Shown in pieces: positions 56,423 to 64,000 of a stretch of DNA of 64,000 bases; the first letter of the stretch is position 1, and each line of letters starts with the position of its first letter. Under the pieces are notes generated by a model. It ran no database searches, was not told where the DNA came from, and saw only the letters and a program-made list of their open reading frames with translations. The stretch comes from a virus: the IMG/VR virus record IMGVR_UViG_3300050158_000056, positions 30,791-94,790 of that record; one strand, given 5' to 3'. Made by a program: the position numbers and the translations under genes.

Positions 56423-57505
56423 TTATAGGATGAGATCACTATCGCCATTAGTGGATGTATCCACTGACAGACGTGATACGTCCTGATACTTCTGAGCCTT
56501 TTCCTGATGCTGCATCTTTTCTACCTTATCGATAATCGATTCGATAGCCGAGATGTCGCTAGTTACTTTAGCCACAATCGGATGGTGAGGCTCTGCGTAG
56601 AAACCAGTCTTCTTCAATCGTGAGATAGGGAGAGGAGTGTTATCACGCATGACTTCATCTGGAGATGATTGGAAGATCAATACTGAGTCTACCATTTCTT
56701 TCGATGACGTACCCAATACCACCTTATTGTCAAATGGGTTCTTATCGGAAACAAACGACATGAGTTTGAGACCAGGGGTTGTGTCGATGACCTTAGATGG
56801 ATTAATCCAATTAAGACGATCATTGCGATCTACTTCATACACCGACTTAGTCAGAGTATCTAGCAGCGCCGATACGATATTTGCGCAGCTATCATTGACT
56901 ACCTGACGAGAATTAGCTTCGTCGTTAGATAGTACAATGAGAGGTAGATAGAGGTCATTGTTCTTTGCGATAGCTGTGAGAGTCTTTAAGGTATTGAGAG
57001 TGTTCTTAGCCCCAACTGCATAAGAAGTATCCGCAACTGCGACCCCAATGACTCGCATACCGCGCCGCGCATATTCGCGGATCATAATTGGTGCAATGAC
57101 AGAGCCACTGCCGCCAGCCAGTGAGAACATAACTACCGCTACATCAGAAGCACCGATTTCAAGGTCAGTGATCTGCGGAATGAGTCGCTCGATATCCCGC
57201 GCATGCTCAGCGCGGCGCGATCCGGAACCATGTCCTTCCCCGATAACGTATACATCTTCTCCGTGTCGGCTATTGGTCATGGATGTGTCGAAATACAGGA
57301 CGTTGGCGGCCTGCTTAGAAGGCTTAAACATACGACTTAGATTAATTCCACAACCGCCGCAGCCAGCAATCGTCAGCGACACAGCAGAATAGTTTTCAGA
57401 AACACTCATTGTAGTATTCTCCTCAGGGACAGAAACAGGAGTTGGTGGAGTCTTCTTAACAGGACGTTCAGAAGGAGTGGAAGGCGTAGGAGCAGTTAGA
57501 TCCAT
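56423..57505 (-). CDS. phuZ: PhuZ phage tubulin
   Basis: GCGGCGIN, DTS, GHGSG, tubulin signature SLAGGSGS, D..D in T7, acidic C-terminal DSDLIL. Confidence 0.93.
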   Translation of the reverse strand: MDLTAPTPSTPSERPVKKTPPTPVSVPEENTTMSVSENYSAVSLTIAGCGGCGINLSRMFKPSKQAANVLYFDTSMTNSRHGEDVYVIGEGHGSGSRRAEHARDIERLIPQITDLEIGASDVAVVMFSLAGGSGSVIAPIMIREYARRGMRVIGVAVADTSYAVGAKNTLNTLKTLTAIAKNNDLYLPLIVLSNDEANSRQVVNDSCANIVSALLDTLTKSVYEVDRNDRLNWINPSKVIDTTPGLKLMSFVSDKNPFDNKVVLGTSSKEMVDSVLIFQSSPDEVMRDNTPLPISRLKKTGFYAEPHHPIVAKVTSDISAIESIIDKVEKMQHQEKAQKYQDVSRLSVDTSTNGDSDLIL

Positions 57506-57710
57506 TCAAATTACCTTTTGGTTAGAGTAAACGAATTGGTGGGCTGATCTCCTGTTAGTCTGATAAACTAACAACCTCTTTCGTGAAGATCACTTTTGCA
57601 AAAAGCATTAGAAGATGTACCATCACTAGTACAACAACCCATAGTGACTAATGTTTTCTGGCGAGGGTTACCGCCCGCCTTAGAACATTAGACCGCGTTT
57701 ATGCATATCA

Positions 57711-57718
57711 GTAATATA
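57711..57718 (-). promoter_or_regulatory. Early promoter core TATATTAC for phuZ
   Basis: Exact core preceded by GAATCAC as in other copies; no CTCA at N15. Confidence 0.65.
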
Positions 57719-57759
57719 GTGATTCATAATTGATCATTTTTTAACCCTCCCATATTACT

Positions 57760-58758
57760 TTAGACAGATATGTCATCCATGGAGACAGAGAACGTATCAA
57801 ATGATCCCGTGCTGGGTATCAGACTCTGAAATATGATGATGTCATGAGTAGAGAGATATCGATAATCTTCCACGGTAGATATGTAATAGCCTAATAACAT
57901 TTCAGTCAAACGATATGTGTTAGCTGTAAGGGTCTTTCTGTCTTTTGATCGTTGATTCTCTATGATCATGGAAATCAGATTACTCATGATGTCATCTTGA
58001 GTTATATCGATTGGATCTTGTAGAGTATCTTCATGTTGTACATAGAGTTCTAGTACATTCTTAAATGATTCTCTATAGACGCGTTTAGCGTCTTGATGGT
58101 TCATACCGATGATAGGTAATGGATAGTAAGTGGTGTTACCTTCTCTAGGAGTATCTACTACCATGAGTATATGGAAGTGACTGTCTATCTCTCGGATATC
58201 TCTAACCTCATGGATCTTACCATAGAAGTCAGATAAGAAGTCATATACCATACTTCGATCTGGGAAACTAGGGAAGCTCACTTCTCTAGCATATTTAGAT
58301 AATTGTCTAGCAGTGTCATAAATGAACGAGTGATTAGTAGTGGATCTAGGACTACGAGATGTGAGTTCTATATAGCCATTTTCTAGTATGGATATATCCC
58401 AGTATATATCACAGTAGTCCTTAGTATTGCCATCGAATGTATAAAATATATCAACACTATCTGACTCAGCTGCCCAGAGTATATCTGTCACAAATCTAAC
58501 AAAGAACTTTTCTTGTAGAGCTCTTAATCGCTTTAAGAATATCCGAATAGGAAATATCTCACAGGGTCTATCTTTATAATTCACATTAACTGAAATAAGT
58601 ACTGGCACACTACTATGTTTAAATCTCACATTTTTAGTAGGTAGTATCTTAGTCAATAGTGAGTCTAAAGCAAACTCTACTCTTTGTGGAGATAGCGTAT
58701 ATTTAAAATTACGTCTATTCGATGTATCGCTCATGACCCCTACTTTCATTTGTAGCAT
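57760..58758 (-). CDS. hypothetical protein
   Basis: 332 aa. Confidence 0.65.
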   Translation of the reverse strand: MLQMKVGVMSDTSNRRNFKYTLSPQRVEFALDSLLTKILPTKNVRFKHSSVPVLISVNVNYKDRPCEIFPIRIFLKRLRALQEKFFVRFVTDILWAAESDSVDIFYTFDGNTKDYCDIYWDISILENGYIELTSRSPRSTTNHSFIYDTARQLSKYAREVSFPSFPDRSMVYDFLSDFYGKIHEVRDIREIDSHFHILMVVDTPREGNTTYYPLPIIGMNHQDAKRVYRESFKNVLELYVQHEDTLQDPIDITQDDIMSNLISMIIENQRSKDRKTLTANTYRLTEMLLGYYISTVEDYRYLSTHDIIIFQSLIPSTGSFDTFSVSMDDISV

Positions 58759-58800
58759 ACTGAAATGTTCAAATTATGGTAATGGAATAATATTAATGTA

Positions 58801-58834
58801 TATACTAGTCAGGGCATATGCCCTGACTAGTATA
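58801..58834 (-). terminator. hairpin
   Basis: tatactagtcagggca/tgccctgactagtata. Confidence 0.75.
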
Positions 58835-58848
58835 CCTAAGTTTATATA

Positions 58849-60285
58849 TTAAGCAGTAGCGGGTTCTTTGTCACCACCACTGACCAGGCTCGTAAGAGCA
58901 CGGAAGGTACCGAGGATGATCTTTACGCCACCTACCACAATCCACTTAATGAGCTTGTAGATAACCATAGACATGGCAGTTACTACAGCAAATAGTCCCG
59001 CAACCCCAACGACACCAGCTGCTGCTACATGTCTAAACGATTTACCTTCGTCTAGTTTAGCTCGCATGGTCGCACCGATTGCATTGTTGCCAGCTTCATT
59101 GTGGGCCATATACACATCAAGTCCATCTTTACCAACAGACTTAGCGCTGGAAGCAATTTTTGTGAGGCGTTCACCGAAGTGACCGATCGAGCTTTGGATG
59201 AGCTTCAGTACGCGATCGAGTTGGCCACTCACAGACTTAACGGCAGACTGAGTCCAACCCAGAGTTTTTGGGTCATAATCCGAATCTTTTACAAGTGTCT
59301 TCACAAACCCACCAGACGAATCTTGTGCCCATCTAACTTTAAGAGTAGAATGAGCCCCTTCAGCATATGCCTCTACTTTACCAAAGGGAGACTTGATCTT
59401 ATTGATCAATCCAACAATATGTTCATTGAACTTCTTAAAAGCGTCACCCTTAGCACCAGCAGCTGGGAAGTTACCAGTCGCATAAGCGATCACACCAGCG
59501 ACTGCTGCGATAGCTGCGATGATAGCCAGTACCGACTTAACCGGATGGGCCTTAATGACTCTCCCAGTAGCCTTAGTGGCGTCCCAAGCTTTACTCGTGA
59601 GCGTCTTAACCACACTACCGATCTTAGTAAACAGCGAGGTCACTAACGCAGCTACCTTAGATGCACCACCCTTGACCACTGAGAGGACCTTAGCTGACCA
59701 AGCAGCAGACTTCTCACCAGCCTTATCGTTAAGAGCCTCTAGAGCCAGATCAGCTTCAGCCTTACCAGCATCAGCAAACGATTCCAGAGCGATCGCTTCG
59801 AGCGACGTACCAGCCAGGAGACCAGTGATGCTCATGATAGCCATCGAAGACTGGCTTACACCGAAGTTCTCGATAGCCATACGTGCGTCGCTGAGCTGTT
59901 GGATTTCACCGAACAGAGCTTCGATACCAGCTTCTTCACCGATGAGTTGATTAAGAGCGGCTTCTTCCTCAGACTCAGCATCGTCTTCAGCGGTGTCGAG
60001 TTCTTCTTCCTCTTCGGTCTCAGGAGCTACTTCACCAGTATCAGTGTCGATCACTGCATCTTCCACCGGCTCTTCTTCTGCGACGATATCGGTAGGAGCC
60101 TCAGGAGTATCGTTAGGAGTGGGTTCGACATTAGGATCGATTTCAGGAGCTCCCACAGGTTCACCAGTCAGAGGATCAGTGACATCTACCACTGCATCCT
60201 GAGTGACTTCCTGTTCGACTTCTGGGTTAAGTGATTCCACAGCCGCTTCTTTAGCGATCTTTATATGATTTGCAAAAATAGACAT
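58849..60285 (-). CDS. inner-head/ejection protein, paralog 1 (role analogous to phiKZ gp93-97)
   Basis: Acidic propeptide with many A/S/G-X-E sites (AVES, GIEA, AIEN, ALES, ALEA); basic mature part. Confidence 0.7.
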   Translation of the reverse strand: MSIFANHIKIAKEAAVESLNPEVEQEVTQDAVVDVTDPLTGEPVGAPEIDPNVEPTPNDTPEAPTDIVAEEEPVEDAVIDTDTGEVAPETEEEEELDTAEDDAESEEEAALNQLIGEEAGIEALFGEIQQLSDARMAIENFGVSQSSMAIMSITGLLAGTSLEAIALESFADAGKAEADLALEALNDKAGEKSAAWSAKVLSVVKGGASKVAALVTSLFTKIGSVVKTLTSKAWDATKATGRVIKAHPVKSVLAIIAAIAAVAGVIAYATGNFPAAGAKGDAFKKFNEHIVGLINKIKSPFGKVEAYAEGAHSTLKVRWAQDSSGGFVKTLVKDSDYDPKTLGWTQSAVKSVSGQLDRVLKLIQSSIGHFGERLTKIASSAKSVGKDGLDVYMAHNEAGNNAIGATMRAKLDEGKSFRHVAAAGVVGVAGLFAVVTAMSMVIYKLIKWIVVGGVKIILGTFRALTSLVSGGDKEPATA

Positions 60286-60386
60286 GTACGTACTCCATTA
60301 ACGCGCGTTATGAAAAACTAAATCATGAGATTACTAGAGCTGGTCTAGAACAGCCCATCTCAATAGAATAATTGACACTATTGTGA

Positions 60387-60414
60387 TATAGAGGGAGGTG
60401 TGCCTCCCTCTATA
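60387..60414 (-). terminator. hairpin
   Basis: tatagagggagg/cctccctctata. Confidence 0.7.
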
Positions 60415-60423
60415 CTAAATAAA

Positions 60424-61587
60424 TCAATCAGTAGCACTAGGTACAAACAGATTGAAGATAGCTTTTAGTGTATTACCTATCAAACGGAGTCCACCGACTA
60501 TGACAAACTTTACGAGTCTGTACATAGCCCAGATGATGCGATTGATATTGATGTATACCATAAATCCTAGAGCTCCCCAACCAGCCAGTTTAGCGGTATG
60601 CGCTGCTTCATGGGATCCGGTGGCTTTTAATACAGTATTAGGAATGGTCTGGTTTACACCATGCTCTAGATGACCCCAAGCTTGTCGAGTATACTTAAAA
60701 CCTCTATTCGATAGAGCTCCTAAGCCTCCTTTTAGCTTACTCCACACCTGGTCAGTATGTACTCGCACTGTCTCGATTGTGGACTTAGTCCACCCTAGAT
60801 TAGAAGCAGTATTAGAAGGACCAGCCTTAAGACCGGCGATAGCCTCACCACTGTCCACCCATTTACCATTTACCAAGATCTGAGACGTCCACCCACTACT
60901 AGATGGCGTAACTGGACTAATGGTAGGAGCCGACCTTACAAAAGGCCACTTGATATTACTAGCCATCGAAGTAATCTTATTACGAAATACTTCCACAGAC
61001 TCTTTAGTGGAATTAGGTAGAGGTAGATTACCCCCGAAGTATACTACGATACCAGCCGCAGCTGTGATAGCTGCTAGTACAACTAGGATAGTCTTAAAAG
61101 GGTGAGCTTTAATAGTACGACCAGCGGCCTTAGTGACATCCCATACCTTATGACTGATCGTTCTGGCCGCACTGGAAATCTTAGTAAATATAGGACTCAA
61201 GATAGCCAGTACTTTACCAGAGGTTTCCTTAATAGATGTAAGGATACGAGTTGACCATTTAGTAGTCGTATCGGAAGCCTTTTCATCTAATGACTCTATC
61301 GCCAGTACAGTGGCTTCTTTGTGATTAGTATGGACATTCATGGATTCCATAGCGATGGCATCAAACGATGTACCAGCTAATAGATCAGTAGCTCGCAAGA
61401 TCATCACTGACGTACGATCGATACCAAATTGCTCTAGGGCACTCGATGAATCCATAAGCTGTTGGATAGTAGAGGACATAGCCTCTATTTCACTATGGTT
61501 TTTATCTAGATTATCGAAGAACTTATCAGTCTCTTCATTATCGATGTCATAGTCTTCTGAGATTTCTTGATTCAGTTTAAGAGACAT
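60424..61587 (-). CDS. inner-head/ejection protein, paralog 2
   Basis: AMES and AIES sites; shared HP.K..hydrophobic..LGWT.S. Confidence 0.7.
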   Translation of the reverse strand: MSLKLNQEISEDYDIDNEETDKFFDNLDKNHSEIEAMSSTIQQLMDSSSALEQFGIDRTSVMILRATDLLAGTSFDAIAMESMNVHTNHKEATVLAIESLDEKASDTTTKWSTRILTSIKETSGKVLAILSPIFTKISSAARTISHKVWDVTKAAGRTIKAHPFKTILVVLAAITAAAGIVVYFGGNLPLPNSTKESVEVFRNKITSMASNIKWPFVRSAPTISPVTPSSSGWTSQILVNGKWVDSGEAIAGLKAGPSNTASNLGWTKSTIETVRVHTDQVWSKLKGGLGALSNRGFKYTRQAWGHLEHGVNQTIPNTVLKATGSHEAAHTAKLAGWGALGFMVYININRIIWAMYRLVKFVIVGGLRLIGNTLKAIFNLFVPSATD

Positions 61588-61631
61588 GATTTACTCCGTG
61601 AGTATGGTATAAACGTTCAATATGATAGCAG

Positions 61632-61659
61632 ATACAGGGGTGGATTACCACCCCTGTAT
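61632..61659 (-). terminator. hairpin
   Basis: atacaggggtgg/ccacccctgtat. Confidence 0.7.
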
Positions 61660-61660
61660 G

Positions 61661-62707
61661 TCATCTAGTTCCCTTAAGAGTAGGACCATTTGGAATAAGA
61701 CCTATGGCATCAAATATCGTGTATAAAGTACTAGCTACTCCAGAGATAATGATTAGACAAATTACCACCAATGCTTTAACGATGTAGTATATAGCTTTGG
61801 CTATCTTCACTATATTGTCTACCACACTAGGGCCCTCATCGAAATCATCATAGCTCTCTCTACCTAATAGAGAGTTGATATTATATTCCATACTCTTACT
61901 AGTAGCGGCGCTGGTACTCTCAAATGATTTCCAACTACTAGACATACTGTCCATCATAGACTGAGTACTACTTATAAATGAGTCAGTCGCTGATTTAGTC
62001 CATCCTAAGTCTACGGCAGTACCCGACACCGGATCGACTGGATGAGTCATAGCCGATATGGTCAATCCAGTGGTTTTAGATATATCTGCTTTGATGGTAC
62101 CGACAGGACTTTTGATTCCATTGACCATAGTCTTGAGTCTGGTGTAGTAACTATCTACTGCACTAGTACTACTACCTGATTTAGGAAAGTGTCCTGTAGC
62201 ATAAGCTATGATCCCAGCTACTACTAGTATACTAGCTATAGCAGCGGCGGCTGTCTTATAGGGGTGAGTCTTAATGACGTCCTTACTAGCTTTAAGAGCG
62301 TTGTAAGTACCTTTACGTAAACCACTCATCTTTTCTTTAATCTTACTAAATATAGGAGTGGTGATATTGGTGAGTTTATCGATAGTACTTTTTACTACAG
62401 AGAGTATCTTAGTAGACCACTGAGAGAGCTTAATCTTAATAGCCTCTTTAATCGATTCTAAGGCTATCTCAGACGCAATACCGTTATCTGACTGAGTACT
62501 CAAGCTCTCAGTGGCGATAGTCTCTATAGCGCTACTAGAGAGTAATCTAGATAAACGTATAGATGAGAGTGTGCTATCAGTAAGTCCTAACCTATCTACG
62601 GTCAAGTAGATATGTGATAAATCATAGATGTGATTAGTTATCTTTCTAGTATCAGTCTTTAGTTCATCTAGATGAGTAATAAATGGATCTGATAAATATA
62701 CACTCAT
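61661..62707 (-). CDS. inner-head/ejection protein, paralog 3
   Basis: ATES and ALES sites; HPYK..hydrophobic..LGWTKS. Confidence 0.7.
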   Translation of the reverse strand: MSVYLSDPFITHLDELKTDTRKITNHIYDLSHIYLTVDRLGLTDSTLSSIRLSRLLSSSAIETIATESLSTQSDNGIASEIALESIKEAIKIKLSQWSTKILSVVKSTIDKLTNITTPIFSKIKEKMSGLRKGTYNALKASKDVIKTHPYKTAAAAIASILVVAGIIAYATGHFPKSGSSTSAVDSYYTRLKTMVNGIKSPVGTIKADISKTTGLTISAMTHPVDPVSGTAVDLGWTKSATDSFISSTQSMMDSMSSSWKSFESTSAATSKSMEYNINSLLGRESYDDFDEGPSVVDNIVKIAKAIYYIVKALVVICLIIISGVASTLYTIFDAIGLIPNGPTLKGTR

Positions 62708-62821
62708 GATAATCCCTTAGCCAAAAAAACAAATACTGTATCTTTGATATGATGGAGTAGCTATATTGAGTAGTATCCATATAATACGGGATTTGTTTTC
62801 AAGTTAGGAGAATTACGTCAA

Positions 62822-63238
62822 ATGAGTGTTCTTACAGATGTTCCTTTCTATACCAAATATGACGGAGTTATTGACAAAGCAGAAGGTGTAGTTTTATTGG
62901 CAGCCGACGGTTCTCAGTTGGGTACGCAAGACAATCCAATTCCTGTTCTGGGTACACTATCTCCCTCGAGATACCCCTCCGCAGTATGGGATGGGACGGC
63001 CCGTGATCTCAGCCAATATAGCTCCATTGTCATCTGGTGCAACACTGCGCCGACCGCCCAGCGTCCTATTGAGACAAGCGGGGATGGTATCAATTGGTTT
63101 CCCCAGTGGGCATTGCCCAGCACTAGTACCAATACGGTAACAAGCATTAGCGCGGTGGGAGGCTATGATGTGGCAGGCAATCGCTTTGTGCGACTTGGTG
63201 GCACAGGCGGAGCGTTTCTTCTGGTAGCGAGTAATTAA
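62822..63238 (+). CDS. small beta-rich virion/tail-appendage-like protein
   Basis: AGGAG RBS; ETSGDGINW..RFVRL pattern. Confidence 0.55.
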   Translation: MSVLTDVPFYTKYDGVIDKAEGVVLLAADGSQLGTQDNPIPVLGTLSPSRYPSAVWDGTARDLSQYSSIVIWCNTAPTAQRPIETSGDGINWFPQWALPSTSTNTVTSISAVGGYDVAGNRFVRLGGTGGAFLLVASN

Positions 63239-63240
63239 AT

Positions 63241-64000
63241 ATGTCACTTGATTTACAATCATACGTCGTGGGCCTTGGGGCCGCTGTAAGAGCGCGCAGC
63301 GAGTCCTTTACGGTCCCCCTGCAATCCGGCTTGATGGCTACCGTTAGCGCCTATGGCCTGCTGGCACCCGTGGTTTTTTCCAAAACGAGCGGCTCGGCTA
63401 ATTTGACGATTGATTCCAGCACTGGCGCGATCACCGCAGCGGCGGCGCTGTCTAGTGCTGGAACGCAGACCATTGTAGGTAAAGCGACTGGTAACGACGG
63501 CGTGGTCTTACCTTTTACGGTCAACCTGACTGGTCAGGTCGTAATCCCTACAGGCTTCTCAAACTCCACCCAATACTATGTGGGCAGCACTGGCCTAAGA
63601 TGGCCTAACAGGGCGTCGGCAATCTCAGGCTTCACGCCTTATCTGGCATCTTATTACGCCAACTATGTGATCAGGAAAAGCCCCCCGTGGGTTGTGCCCG
63701 CTGGCTCTTCGATGCTGGTCGCGCTCCCTTCGATCTACGTGCAAGAGCAGAACGCCAACATCAACGAGGGCCTGCTGTCGTCCGATGTGACGGTGACGCA
63801 TCTTTATATCAACTACGTTGATGCGCTTGGAGTCACGCGCAACGTGAGTTGCTCTCTACCCAACAGCGGCTTGCTGGCGGCAACAGGGGCGGGTGGTGGC
63901 ATCATCGCTACATCATCAGCACTGCCGGGTGATATTTCCCCCAATACGGACATTTGTTACGGCATCCAGCTTAGCTTTGCTGCCGGGGCGTCTTTTACCG
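63241..64000 (+). CDS. tail-appendage/adhesin-like protein with Ig-like segment, truncated by the window end
   Basis: Open frame MSLDLQSYVVGLG..LTIDSSTGAIT..VLPFTVNL to the window end; GC-richer than its neighbours. Confidence 0.6.
   Translation, partial: MSLDLQSYVVGLGAAVRARSESFTVPLQSGLMATVSAYGLLAPVVFSKTSGSANLTIDSSTGAITAAAALSSAGTQTIVGKATGNDGVVLPFTVNLTGQVVIPTGFSNSTQYYVGSTGLRWPNRASAISGFTPYLASYYANYVIRKSPPWVVPAGSSMLVALPSIYVQEQNANINEGLLSSDVTVTHLYINYVDALGVTRNVSCSLPNSGLLAATGAGGGIIATSSALPGDISPNTDICYGIQLSFAAGASFT

Noticed and set aside
3996-61659. Recurrent ~30 bp hairpins as a CRISPR array or REP/MITE family
   Set aside because: They are dispersed singly at gene ends with different sequences and no repeat-spacer periodicity; best explained as terminators.
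17560-62760. TATG late-promoter motifs before structural genes
   Set aside because: Several candidates exist, but a 4-mer is too short to call without TSS data.
1-64000. Stop-codon reassignment
   Set aside because: TAA, TAG and TGA all end long conserved genes, and coding density is high under the standard code.

Overview
This window is part of a nucleus-forming jumbo phage genome (phiKZ-like, Chimalliviridae). The left part (- strand) holds the nucleus and transcription block: PicA-like importer (partial), sigma-like non-virion RNA polymerase (nvRNAP) subunit, ChmC-like RNA-binding protein, SbcD, the nvRNAP beta' N-terminal subunit and chimallin. The beta' gene is split by a group I intron right after NADFDGD. 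The middle holds baseplate and tail genes, a tail-fibre and lysis module (GH19 endolysin, nested spanins), UvsX, DnaB, major capsid protein, a split family-B DNA polymerase subunit, RuvC and SbcC. The right part holds small accessory genes, PhuZ tubulin, three paralogous inner-head proteins and a GC-richer tail-like insert. Four observations stand out. (1) A free-standing HNH gene sits between two recoded copies of the RNAP gene 3' end. (2) Early promoters are bipartite, CTCA-N15-TATATYAC. (3) A CtrA-like winged-helix protein lacks a receiver domain, and with other genes it points to an alphaproteobacterial host. (4) Six hairpin terminators have their U-run at a nearly fixed offset. phiKZ gp equivalences come from recalled motifs plus gene order, not from database searches. 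No tRNA, rRNA or CRISPR array was seen.
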